From positions 372,001 through 436,000 of the forward strand of contig NW_003314363.1 of the NCBI RefSeq assembly GCF_000143415.4: a stretch of 64,000 bases of DNA, in the 5' to 3' direction. A program made the translations under genes and the position numbers. Of this stretch, positions 49,907 through 62,649 are shown piece after piece (the first letter of the stretch is position 1; every line of letters begins with the position of its first letter). Origin of the DNA: Selaginella moellendorffii. Taxonomy: Eukaryota > Plantae > Lycopodiophyta. A model generated the notes under the pieces. That model was given only the letters and a program-made list of their open reading frames with translations, had not been told where the DNA came from and ran no database searches.

Positions 49907-51662
49907 TCAATACCGGCTATAAGGGTGGTACCGGCCCGTGCTGCTGCTAGCATGGCTCCTGCTGTTACTGTGACCATAACCACCGCTGCTACCACCGTAG
50001 TTACCAGAGGCATAACCACTCCCGTAGCCACCGTAGCCGCTGTATCCCATGCCAGCGTACCCGTCATCATAAGCACCTCCATATCCACCAACGCCGTAGG
50101 ATCCCATGTATCCCCCGCCCATCGATCCCCCGCCGTAGGATCCCACGCCAATACCACCGTAACTTCCACCGTAACTCCCACTGTAGCCACCGTAGTACAA
50201 GCCCGCTCCTCGGCTTCCATAGCCACCGCTGCCGGTCCGGTAGGAGGTGCCGTAGCTGCCGCCCAGGGCGTAGTCGCCGTACCCATAGTGGCCACCACCA
50301 CCGGAGCTTCCGTACCCACCACCACGATTGATTGGGCCATAGCCGCCACCACCACCACTGTCCTGCATTGCCTTCTTTGGCTCTGCTTTCTTAATTTCCA
50401 CCTGCGAGAACAAAGCGTAAAAACAATGATGTTAGACCATAAAACAAAGAATTTTGAGGAACATCGAGCATCGACGAGGCGCAGGAATATCTCCCGTGGG
50501 AGTTTTAAAAGAGAGAGGGGGGATGATATGCCTCCCTGCTGCTGCTGTGCTTGGATCGTTCCATCTAAAAAAACTGGCAAGTGAGAAATTTAATGCCTGG
50601 GTTACCTGTTTGCCTCCAAGCTCGTGCATCCTTCCGTGTGAGAGCACGTCTTCGACAGTTTGCTCGCTGTCGAATACTATGAATCCAAAGCCGCGAGATC
50701 TCCCGGTGTTGTGATCCTGCATGATTTGGTGCTCGATCACATTGCCAAAGCTGGAGAAGTAAGCCTTGAATTCCTCTGGAAAGAGCAGAAGCAGGCAATG
50801 TGAGAACTGAATGTCGCGTCTTGAAGATGGTACCGACCTTCTGTGATGGAGGGTGGAATCCCTCCTACAAAGATCTTCTTTGTCTTTGGACCCTTGACGA
50901 CAAGCATGCTTTCGCGAGGTATAGATCTCTTGCATTCAACCTGGGAAGTAAAAACCACGCAGATTGGAAAAAAGAAGCTCGCGGTATACAAAGAACTTAC
51001 AGTCCTGCCGTCCAAAACATGCTTGTCTCGCAACACTCGATCGCAAACATCCGAATCCGCAAACGTTACGAATCCGAAGCCGCGGGGATTCCCACTACTC
51101 CGGTCCCTCATGATCACTGCATCCGTGATCTCCCCATACTTTTTGAAGTGACTTTCGAGCTTCTCTGCAACCAACGCAGCTCTCAACCATAAATCCGGAA
51201 ACCAACATGTGATAAAAAAGAAGAAAACGTCAACAAACCTGTGGTTGTATCCCATGATAGCCCGCCGATGAAAATCTTCCCGTTTCCTCTATCATAGGAA
51301 ATGGGACGGTTATTAAGTTAGCTATGTCTCAAGACCACTCCTACGCTATATACAAGACACTCGCTAGAGGAAGAACTAAGATCAAACTAGAAGAACCATG
51401 AACCAAAGGAAAATCTAGAGCGAAGGAAGGCTGGACCAACAACTAACCCTGCACTGGACGTTCTCTCTGTGTGTCCGTTGGCTGAATCATCTCCATGGGT
51501 GTCTACCTGAGCATCTTCGTTGAGCAAATCCCTATGGTGATGGTGCCTGGAATCCCTGGAATCCCCGTCCTGAAACGACGCGAGATCGTCGCCCTGATCC
51601 AGTGGCGAATCGGGGCCATCCAGATCGTCGTGAACAGGCTGCTCCGAATCAGAGCCGGCCAT
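49907..51662 (-). CDS. hnRNP A/B (Musashi-like) RNA-binding protein, two RRMs + Gly/Tyr-rich tail
   Basis: KIFIGGL / RGFGFVTF and KIFVGGI / RGFGFIVF; ends GRYHPYSRY* (PY-NLS-like). Confidence 0.94.
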
Positions 51663-52032
51663 GGAGAGAGGAGGAGAGCGAGGCAAGAGACGAGGAACCG
51701 GGAAATTCTTGCCTAAAATGTGCGTGAAATTTCCACTCGCTACGATCTGGATTCCTGTTCCAACTGATCTGACCTCGACGCACTACTCAATCCCCTCGTC
51801 CCTCCTCCTCCTACAAATCCAAGCAAAATGCCGGCCCGGGGAGCGAAGATCCAAGAGGCCCGCGCGCGCTTGGCGGATGCTTGCTCGCGCCCACGCAAAG
51901 AAGGCAAGAAAATGCGTCGCCCTATTCTTCGGATCCCTCACTTCTCGCCAGGCATTTTACCCTTATGACATGCTGGCACTAAAGTATATAAGGTGGCTGT
52001 CCACGTCACGCATTTTAGGGTTCTATAGGGGG

Positions 52033-53567
52033 ATGGAGAGCTCTGTGAAGCTGTGGATCGCGAGCGCGCTTCTTCGTCTAGCTTTGATCGCTTACGGCGA
52101 GTGGCAAGATTCCCACCTGGAGGTTCCCTATTCCGATGTGGATTACACTGTCTTCTCCGATGCTGCGGCGTTCATGGCGCAAGGGCGATCGCCATTTCTC
52201 CGCGATACCTATCGCTACTCGCCGCTGCTGGCAATGCTGCTGCTTCCCAATGTGTGGATCCATCGCTGCTGGGGGAAGATCTTGTTCTCGGTCGCAGGTA
52301 GCGTAATCCTCTCCTCTCCTAGCTTGTTCTTGTGCTAATCGATCGACAACAGGCTGAAGCCCTTGGATCGTTGCAGATTTACTGACCGGGAGCTTGATCT
52401 ATCGCTTGCTGCGGTTGCAAGGAATCGCTGAGGGTGTTGCTATCGCCTGTGCTGCGGTCTTTCTTCTCAATCCTTTCACATTCACGATTGGTACGAGAGG
52501 GAACTGCGAGGCGCTGCCATGCGCTGTGGTTCTCTGGACTCTGATCTTGCTTTTGCAAGGTGAGTAGTTTCTTTCTCTTGTAGTTCTTGGTTTTATTCCT
52601 CGCCTTTGTTCTTTGGTTGGAGTTCTTTACGTGTTCTTTGCTTGCTTGGAGGTTTTCTTCTTGTCTTGAAACTCTTTGTTCTTATTCCATTCTTTTTTTT
52701 TTTCCTTTGTTTTTCCAGGCCGCAACCTCCAAGCCGCATTTTGGTATGGATTGGTCGTCCACTTTCGGATCTATCCCATCATCTACGCGCTGCCTTTCGT
52801 CCTCTTCCTCAATGCTAGAGCATCCGAGACAACATCCAAGCAAGCTGCTAGCTCCAAGTCGATGATGATCCTCGCAAAGCTCGTAAGTCGCGACAGTCTC
52901 TCCTTCGGTCTAACTTCTGGGGCCGTGTTCCTGGCGCTCACGCTCGCGTCCTACGCGCTCTACGGCCCCAGCTTCCTCAACGAGGCACTGCTCTACCACC
53001 TCACTCGCACCGATCCAAGGCACAACTTTTCGATCTACTTTTACTCGATCTATCTCCGCCAGAGCTCGAGCATCACGCTGCTGGACCGCCTCGCCTCCTT
53101 CGCCCCGCAGATGCTCGTCCAGACCGTCTTCGCGGCCGCGTATCACGATGATCTCCCGCTGTGTCTCTTCGCCCAGACAGCCGCGTTTGTAGCATTCAAC
53201 AAGGTAAGTTCCTTGTCACCATTTTTTTCTTCGTTGGTTCGTTGGTTTCTTGTTTCTGAGCTTTGGATTTCGTGTGTAGGTTGTCACAGCCCAATACTTT
53301 GTTTGGTTTTTCAGCCTCTTGCCGCTTGTCTTGCCATTCACGGGGCTAAAGTTCTTTTGGGGAGGCTCTTTGTGCATTGGAGTGTGGACATTGTCGCAGC
53401 TCCACTGGTTAGCGTGGGCGTATTTGCTGGAATTTAAAGGGAGGAACGTCTTCTTCCAGCTCTGGATCTCCAGCATCGTGTTCTTCGTCGCAAACGTCTT
53501 TGTTTTGTCCATGCTCTTGTATCATCACCATAACGCCACGAAGGAACAAAAGCTTAAAGCCATTTAA
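52033..53567 (+). CDS. PIGM: GPI mannosyltransferase 1 (PIG-M; PEANUT1-like), 4 exons
   Basis: [13 protein letters not shown]...[52 protein letters not shown]|[10 protein letters not shown]. Confidence 0.95.
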
Positions 53568-53667
53568 TAGGTGGATGATCGCAAGGTTTTCCCTCTCTTT
53601 TTTCTTTTCCCTCTCTCCCTCCATTAGGGCTCCTCGAGTTTTAGGGTTGAGGCTGAGGCGCGAGAGG

Positions 53668-56529
53668 ATGACTGTGGCGAGGGCGAGCAGCGGCGCTTCC
53701 GGGGCCAGCGGAGCAGCGGGAGGTATGGCGGCGCCTTCTACTGCTGCTGCGGCTTCCACAATTCCGTCCAGCGCGCGTAAGATGGTCCAGAGCATCAAGG
53801 AGATCGCCGTCGAGCGCAGCGACGATGAGATCTATGCGATGCTCAAGGAGTGCGGGATGGACCTCAATGAGGCCGTCCAGCGCCTCTTGAATCAAGGTAT
53901 GGGACTCGGTTCGTGGGTGACTTTGTGCCAAAACTTGGTTTTTCCTTTTTTGTTTGTATGTAGACACTTTCCATGAAGTCAAGCGGAAGCGCGATAAGAA
54001 GAGAGAGGTATGTGGTTCCTTTTGCTTGTCTAAGGTGTCAGTGTGCTGACTCTCTTCTCTAAATGTTTTAGAACAAGGATGGCTCGTCCGATATCAAGCC
54101 TGCTAGAGCTCCTAGCTCGTCCGCCAGAGGGGGTCGCTATGGTCGTGGAGGTTCTAGATACGGTACAGGTTTTTCTTTCAGATTTCAGTGTTGTGAGCTC
54201 AACCTTTGTCTGTAGAGCCTAGCGGAGGTGGTCGTGGCCGGGGTGCTCCGAGAGAGAATGGATATTATCCTAAGTCTTCCGGCCCTCAAGAGGCTCCACC
54301 ATCGGCAGTGCCGCCAAAATTGCCGAGTGGTCAAGCAAGGTAGTGCTTTTGCAGGTCTTTTTCAGATAGTTACAGATTTTTTTTTTCTTGTCTGTGCAGC
54401 AACCCAACTCCAGCACCGGCAGCGCACAACGAGCAAGCAGCTTACCATCGCCCATCTCTCAGCGGTGGTGCTCGTCCAACTATCGCGGAGATCTTGAAGT
54501 CGTCGACAATGCAGACCGTTGTCCAACCTCCTAGGCTTCCAATGAGCAGCGATCCTGTTGCACTTGAGCCTGGGATCACCAAGAGAGACGTTGGTGTGGT
54601 TGGAAATCAGCGGTCTTCGAACGAGGTTGACATGGAACCCCCTCTGCCGGGTGACTACGTTTCTGACGAGCAAGCACCACTTCCAGACGGGCATCCTGGA
54701 ATATCGTCGACTTCTTCTGCAGCCGATTCTTCGCCGCCACCTCGTGCCACGTACTCCAGCAGCAGGCACCAGGCACACCAGGCACCTGTTGGTTCTCAAA
54801 AACGTAAGCTCTGATCTTTGCCATGGCTTTCTACTAATCAGTCCGACGTTCCTTTCAGCTGGTGTACTCCAGGAATGGAAAGTAAAGCCGAGTTCTACCG
54901 TGCCTTCTGTTGTCGCCGACACCTATACGTCTGATTTTCAGAGGGCTCCGGCTCCAGCTACGACGTCTAAGTTCGAGGACAAGGAGGACCAGTCCGTGAT
55001 CATACATAACCAGTTTCTCGCTTCTGCAGACCTCAACTTAAATTTTGGGAGCTTAACCTTTGGGTCCGATGAGGATTCTCTAACACACAAGCCGTCTGCA
55101 GTGGAGGACGAGCCTGAGGGCATAGAAGAAGAAGAAGAAGAGCCTGATGATCAACCTTCTCCGAGGTTTGCAATCACTTTCCGTTTAATGGATTTACTAA
55201 TAGAAGTCTGGTGACAGTACTGCTTCAAATCCTGCAGCTCAAAACTACGACCTTCCGCAGACATCTGCGATGGCTGATAGTCTTCCTTCGAACAGCGAAG
55301 TGACTGCAGTCAGCATTGCGGTCCCAGCAGTGTCTCATTCGGAGCTCTCGAAACCCGACTCTTCCGTGCAAAGCTCTCATTATCCATACTTGCCAACGGC
55401 CTATTCTGGATTCGGATTGATGGCTCAACCTGGAACGCAGTACCCGTACGAGTCATCCGATTCTCAACTTTCGGATGGATCTCGTTTTTCAAGCTTGCAT
55501 CAGCATTATTCGGATCCAACTGCAAGCTACTACACTCCTGCGTATAGGCCCAACGTCGAGACTGATATGCGGTACCCGCTTATGACATCTAAGGCGGCTG
55601 CAGCTAAATACAGCACTAGTATGACATCCGTAGCGTCGTTAGCGTCCTCAGAGGTACAGGGTTTACCTTTTTTTTGTCACTCGCTTCTAACGTTCCATTC
55701 ACAGAGTGGGAATTCTGGTAGTTCTCTTGCGCAAACATCTCAGCCAACTAGCGGCCAGTCGGTTCCGAGTTTGCCGCACCAGCCTCTGCCACTTCATGCT
55801 TATTCGGCGCAGCCAAGTTTGCACCTGGGATACAACATGTTTAACTACCCGTATCTCCATCAAAGTGTTCCCTACATGCACGCGCCGTACCAGCACAGCT
55901 TTGCGGGGAATAGTGCGTACCCTCAACCTCCGGCTGGAAGCAACTATCCGCCTACAAACAACTATCCTACTGCCGCTGCCAAGTATCCAATGGCTCAGTA
56001 CAAGCCCGTCACGGCGACAGCGAGTACAATCCACTCTGCTTCGGCAGCCGGGTACGCCGGGTATACATCCTCTCCGGCCGGCTACGCGACCAACCCGATG
56101 GTAACACTCGGCCCAGCCTCTCTAAGTTATGACGAAGCCGCGCTATCGCAGTACAAGGACAGCAATGTTTACATCCAAAGTCAACAGGTGAGTTTGTGGT
56201 TGCTTTCGTCGTAGAGATGGAGAGATGGAGTCAGCATTAATTGGTTTGCTAACGTTGGTCTTGCCTTTCAGGGCGAAGGCTTTTCCCGGGAATCTTTCTA
56301 CAACATTCCGAGTCAAAGCCAATACACTGCGTATGCCCAGCAGCACCACGGACATCCGACGACTGCTTATGGTAGCCTGTACCATCCGACGCAGTCCGTC
56401 CCGGCTCCAAACTCTCACCAGATGCTTCAGCAGCCGCAGACTTTGGCCACGGCCGGATCCCAGGGTGCTGCTGCCGCTGCCGCGGCTTATGGCCAGCAGC
56501 CTCAACGTGGGTGGAACAATAGCTACTGA
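53668..56529 (+). CDS. GBF-interacting protein 1-like (DUF1296 N-terminal UBA-like domain), multi-exon
   Basis: IPSSARKMVQSIKEI...DDEIYAMLKECGMDLNEAVQRLLNQ|DTFHEVKRKRDKKRE, later QEWKVKP, LNFGS and a P/Y/Q-rich tail ending GWNNSY* (56527-29). Confidence 0.9.
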
Positions 56530-57103
56530 GCAACAGGGGGGAGGAGGAGCGCGTTTTCTATGTTCTCCATAACAACAGGTACTCTCTTGGTGTCTCCTGT
56601 TGCTGAGGTTTGTATAAGATCACATATAGCGGAAACTGAGTGAAGAGTTGTGGCTCGAAGGGGAAAGTGTATATAACAACAACAGGGCTTTTGCCGGGCT
56701 TTTTTTATTGGGGGCTCTTTGGATCAGATCAGATCAGACTTTGAGTAGCGGGTTTTTTTATACTTCTATAGTCTTTCCGGCTAGACGGATGGACACTGGT
56801 AAAAATGTTATCCTTTGTACCAGAGTTCCGAGAAGAAAAGCAGTTCTTTCTCTATTTTCTCCGCGAGAGACAACGTCGTTCTGTTTATTACCAAGAGCCA
56901 ACCAGTATACACAGTTGAGCAGAGGCTCCGAAATTACAACAACCAAAAAAGAGGGGTACTAAGACTTGGGACGAAGAAACACAGTGCTGGAAGATCTTTG
57001 ATCCATCAACACCGGGAGGCTCGATACTTTTTCTTCTACTAGTACTCGACAACTGGGAGAGAGGTACTTGGTTTTTTTGGATTGGAGAGAGCTGCTGCTG
57101 CTA

Positions 57104-58662
57104 CTAAGCCCAATCCCACCAGGAAGCCCAGTTGCCTTGCTCCTCCTCGGCAGCCGTTCCAAACAAGCAGTTGTACGAAGCGTCATCCTCGAGGCCCCGG
57201 AGAGCATCGTCGTCGTCGAGCTTGTACGGGAAAGCCACCGGTTCCTCCTTTACCGGAGGAGCTTGTTCTTCGTCCTCCGCTGGATGCTGCGGAGCTAGCG
57301 GTGATAATTTGTGAGCTCTGGCCGGTGGTGGCGGCGGCGCTGGCGGTGCTGGATGCGGACTAAACGCGTCCAAGACATCAGAGTTATAGCCGTCGGAGGA
57401 TGACAGCGGCGACTCCTTGAATTTGGAGGAGACAACCGTGGGAGAGTCTGGAGTGGTACACACCTGATCGTCGACATCCTCCACTACTCCGCTGCTCTTG
57501 TTGTTCTTGGCCATGGTGGCGACGAGCAGCAGCGGCTTGGGTGGCTTGTCCGTGGTAGTAGTAGCAGCCGCCGCCGCCGATCCCGAGTCCTCGTCCATAT
57601 CTTCCTCGTTGCGATCTTCATCATTGTCGTCATCATCTTCATCCGGCTTCTTCTCGTGATTGCCATCCACGAGCTTCTTGTCGCTCAGCTGCGATCACAG
57701 CACAGTTCCAAAGTTTTGAGACAACGAACAAAGGAAGGACATCGGTGGTGGTGGTGGTGATGAATCATCAGGAAAACAGACAAGAAAGAACAGTGATGGT
57801 GATGAATCATCAGGAAAACAAAGCATCGGTGGTGGTGGTGGTGATGAAGATCATCGACTTACTTGAGCTTTGAGCCGCTTGTTCTCCTCCGCCAGGGACT
57901 CGTACGCCGCCTTGAGAACGTCGTAGTCCTTCTCCAATTGCTTCGTCTTCCAGCGGGCTCGCCGGTTCTGGAACCACACCGCGACTTGCCGGGGCTGCAG
58001 CCCGAGCTCCTGCGCCAGCTGCATCTTCCGCACGGGCTCCAGCCGGTTCTCGGTCTCAAAGCTCAGCTCCAGGGACCGGACTTGCTCCACGCTCAGCCGC
58101 CGCTTCTTCTCCGGGAATCCTCCGCCGCCGCTCGACCCGCCGCCGCCGCCGGTGCTGCCATCATCCGCGACCTCCCCGTCGCCGGTCTCGTCCAGCGAAT
58201 CCAACATTGTAGGGTAGAGGGGCCGCTTGGAAGTCAGTGGCGGTGCTGGTGGAGGCGGTGGCGGTGGTGGCGAAGCCGAGCTATGGTGGTGGTGGTGGTG
58301 CAGGCCTCCCACTGCTGGAGAAGAAAAGAACTTTTGGTTAGAGAGAGATAAGAACCATCGCCGGCATCGACAGCAAGAAGACCACCACCAACAAACATTT
58401 GGTGGCAATCAATTGCGATCGACGAGCAATCCGGAAGGGGGCGACGAACGAGATCTCCAGGGACAGCGTAAAAACGAAGAGATCTCTTTCAACAGGAGGG
58501 AGAGCAAGAGAGAGACTTCTAGCGATGGGAACTTTTACCTCCTCGAAGCCCGAGCATCGCCACCAAGCTGGAGCTTTCGCCGCTGCCATGCTGCTGCTCA
58601 ATTGCTCCGCTTTTCAGCATCGCCGCTGCGGCGGTGGAGGAGTGATCGCTCCAAGCTGCCAT
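57104..58662 (-). CDS. Class I homeodomain-leucine zipper (HD-Zip I) transcription factor, 3 exons
   Basis: Exons 58662-58539, 58311-57863, 57688-57104. [15 protein letters not shown]...[26 protein letters not shown] plus zipper; C-terminal AHA-like NWASWWDWA*. Confidence 0.94.
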
Positions 58663-61600
58663 TTTGATCCGGCCGGGTGCTGGGGGAGCGGGAGTTTAGC
58701 TTTCTGAGAGGAGACGGGGACGCGAGATTTTCAGGGAGACCGACACGAGGGCGACGACGATCTGTGGAGCCAGAAGCTAGAATCACCACCAACAACAAGA
58801 GCAAATTGTCAACCAAGGGAACGATCGAAGGACAGCGAAGAAAAAAAAAAGAGAGATTTTTGGAACGAAACGATCGGGGATCAAAGGCCAGAGTTTCTCA
58901 TTCCCTCCCAACTAGCGACCAGAAGTGGAAGAACAGTGAAGAGAGAAGACGAAGAACAAGGAGAGGAAGAACAAAGAGGAGATTTCCAGATGGCGGGTGT
59001 TAGCTGGGAGGGAAGTAGCGGGCGAACCAGCAGAGCAATCGACCAATGTCTTGGACGAGCGAGCAGCCATAGACTGACGAATCTAGCAGCAGTGAGCGGC
59101 CAAAGTCATCGTGTCGGGGCAGCAGCATCATATACCAAAAAGGAGGATTTTTGGCAAAGGAGGAGACAACGAGAGAGCGCACAAGAAATCGATGGCTACT
59201 TCATCGGACTCGAGAGAATCAAAGACGTGGGAAGAAGGGCAATTCAAGGGCGAGCTTTTAAGTTAGCTACCCGGCGGCATCGTCATCGTCGCTGCTCTTG
59301 CTCGTCTTCATTCAGGAAATCCGTGATTGACGCCCAAAAATTCTCTGTGTCTCTCTCTCTCGCTTTGAATCGCTCCAGAGAAAATCGCTCGCTAGGCTTT
59401 TGGCTCTTGAAGAAGAAAGAATTCCAAGAATGTGGATGGCCATAGCATCGTCCATGCACATACATGGCATGGATGGCATGGCTTTCCTAAAATAGTACTG
59501 GCGCGTTGGACGGTCTCGAACCCCGGTCTCGAACCCCGGATAGGTAGGGTGGTTTTGGTTTCTAGTGATTATTTAGGGCTAGGTTTAAGCAAGGCGCGCG
59601 CGACGAGAGGGAGGAGGAGGCGACGAGCGATGGAGCGGCGCTTTTCTCAGGTCAGAGAGCGTCAAAATCTCGGCATTGTCTGGGATTCACACAAAGAGAG
59701 CGAGCGAGCTACATTTCCTGTTTGTAGTGTTCTTCCCTTTTTTTTTCGTTTTTTGGCGCTGGCGCCCTCCCGTTCGTCGTCGTCTGCTGATCCCACAGTT
59801 GAGTCTCCAGAGTTTGCGTGCTTTTGCAAGAAAAGGGATGCGTGGCCGTGTTGGCCGTGGGGAAAATTGAAGTCTATTCGCTCCACGAAGGGATGAGAGA
59901 AAAAAAAAACTATATTTGTTTTCGGTTGTTTTTTTCGGTTTTTGGACTTTTGGAATTCTTTTTTTCTCTGGCTCATCTGGTTCCTGGCTGCTACAGATTG
60001 ATGACAGTCGATTCGGTTCGCTGCAATGTGGGTGAAAATTCAACCTGTTTGTATCTGTGGGGATTCGATCACAGTTTTTAGTGGAGTAGTAGCTAGCAGC
60101 AGCAGAGCAGGAAAAACAAAGAGATGGATTGGATTTATTAGCTGGCGAGCTTGGATTTGGGAGGAATTCGACACAAGAGCAGAAAGAGTAGAAATGGAAA
60201 AGTCCACCACCACTTTGAGCATCTCCTAAGCCCGTAGCTACTTCACGAAACTCCACCACCATGACCACCACGACCACCAGCAAAGCGAAGCGCGCAGAAA
60301 CCAACAAAAGAGGCCACCAGCAGATAGTTAGTGCACTCAGGACCACACTGTAAGTGGCCTCTTTCTCTCTTTTCTTTTCTTACTTTTGTTTTTCTTTCAG
60401 CTTGTCAGCGGGTCTCTCGACTTCCCTTTCTTCCTCCTAAGTTACCAGCCGCGCCAGTGTAATCAAGAAGCGAGGGTGAGAGAGGGAAGCAGTGCAGCGA
60501 TAGAGGCGAAATCGTGTGACCGCGACACTGCCTCTCCGTTTGGTGGCGCCCCCGAAAGTGAGAGTTTGTATGGCTGGTGCTGTGGCTAGCGCTGGCCGGT
60601 GGCTGGCTTTTGAAAGTTTGGAAGATCTGGAATCCTCGCTGCTGCTGCGACCGCCACTGCTTCGTATCTCGGATCGTCGACACAGGAAAGTGGGATCTTA
60701 CGACCGAGGGAAAAGCGAAAGCACCGGAAGTTGATGAAGCCCGGGAAGGAGTTATGGCGGGATGGATACGTGGTTAAAACAAGTTAACCGGAAGAGTACA
60801 AAAGCCGAAACAGGGATTGAACAGGTCGGTCCCCAGTGAAAGCTGCCCGCGCGGCCTTTTGTCCGCTTGGACGTTTTGTCTTTGCTGTGGGGCCTTCCGA
60901 GCAATGGCTGCTGCCGCGCAGTTTGTGGTGGTGGTCACTGGTAGACACTCAATCGCTTGCGGTTTGTAGCGAGGACGATGATGATCAGCGCAAGGAGCCC
61001 ATTTGACAAAACTGGCCAATCATTCCCGCGCACGCACACCTCTGGTAAGCTTTTTCTTTGTTTTCTTCTCCTTTTTTTTATGATTTTGTTCTTCCGTATT
61101 CTCATCTCAGTGTTTTGTTTTTTTTTTTCCCTCTGTTTTACACTTTTCTTGTTTGTTTTTGTCATTGGCATGCACACTTCCACCGGTTCTTTAGGCAGTG
61201 TGATAGAATTGGCGCCTGCAAATCTTGGGATCCTCGAAAAGGATGTTGAGTATCCGTTTCCTTATTTTATGAGCTTAACGCAACGCAGCACTGCAAAACG
61301 CAAAACGCAAACGCAGGAAAGAGAGCTCGACTCGTGAGGTGCGCATTTCTTACAGTTTTTTCCTCGGCGTTTAAGGATTAAAGAAAATGAGATCTTGACC
61401 TTCAAACCTGCAGGAAGGACACCCCGGAGTTTGTGTAACTTCTTCTACACATAATCTATTTTCAAAGTGATATCACATCACGTGGATCTAATAAACAACA
61501 CAATATCAGGAGTACTCGAGTGTGCCAAGACCAACCCGGGCAAGCTACAAAACAGGTAGTCCTTTCGTCTCCATTGTTTTATTTTTTTACATCCGTGCTC

Positions 61601-62649
61601 GTTCACTCCGTAGAAACCCAACAGAAACCAATTTTGGAGAACAGATTCGCAAGTTGCAGCTGCGCGACAAGGTGAATTCAATACGCGTGCATCGCTCCTT
61701 CCTTTGTCTGGCCAGCTTTCCTTTTGTATATATCGCAATTGTCTCTGTTTTGGAATTGCTTGCTTGAAGAACCGAGTCCTTCTGACACACATTAAACTTT
61801 GGCAAATGTTTTCTCTTTTTTCTAACAGTCGGGGTGGCCTTCAGGACCATCTGTGTGGCGTCCACGGGCGATCGATGTCTGACAACGAAAGAAAAAGAGA
61901 AAAGAAATGGAGAAGCAGACAACATTGAAAAGTTGGACCATTGAGAAAAATTCCCTATGGCGAATGCACGCAAGCTGTAAGTAAATATTCGCTTTCCTAC
62001 TTTTCCCCTTTGTTTTTCTAACAGATGCCTCGCCTTTACTGCAGATTCGGGTTGGTCTCCGTGAAAAAACGAAGTCCGTATGGATGCGAGAAGAGAACGA
62101 TCGCCAGATTCACTGCTCCCTCGCTTCCTTGGAAACTCTCGCTTTGCATCACAAACTACGATAAATTCTGTGGAAACTCGAAGTAACTCGAGAGGTAAGA
62201 AGCTTTGCGATTGAAAACCTAGACTTTGGACTTTCACTTCGCTTCGAGAAGCCATACAAAAAAAGAAAGGAGGAAAAGCCAAGAACAAACTGCACGGCTT
62301 TGCGTGGGCCATTTTACATCTTACACCTTGTCAAAAAGCTGCAAAAGCAAATTCACAGTGGTGGGAGATATCTTTGCTTCTCCACACTCCTGGAGTAAAA
62401 AAGCGGAATTTTCCATGAAAATCCTATGTTTTCTCCCGTCAATGTACCTTTTCAGTGGAATCTGTGTGATGAAAAGAAAAGCTGCCTTCCACTCAATCTC
62501 TCTTAACTCCGCCAGTACGTTTAACAAAACCTAAAAAGTTCTGCCCTAAGTCAATGCATTGTCAACGGTCAGCTGCTTTTGTGTGATGCCAGGTGGCACT
62601 TTCAAATCCACAAGCTTTTAGGGTTTATGCGCGACGCGAGCGAGCGAGC

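Noticed and set aside
49865-50584. 239-aa Thr/Ala/Val-rich + strand ORF
   Set aside because: Antisense shadow of the Gly/Tyr-rich exon of the hnRNP gene.
51270-51300. Seemingly non-canonical (CGG) acceptor before KIFIGG in the hnRNP gene
   Set aside because: A canonical TAG acceptor 9 nt upstream keeps the frame (adds GNG).
51661-52032. Long N-terminal extension of PIG-M in the ORF track
   Set aside because: PIG-M similarity starts at ATG 52033. The upstream part is the shared divergent promoter and the antisense of the hnRNP 5' end.
57740-57856. Repeated GGTGGTGGTGATGAATCATCAGG units
   Set aside because: Small local duplication inside an HD-Zip intron, with no sign of function.
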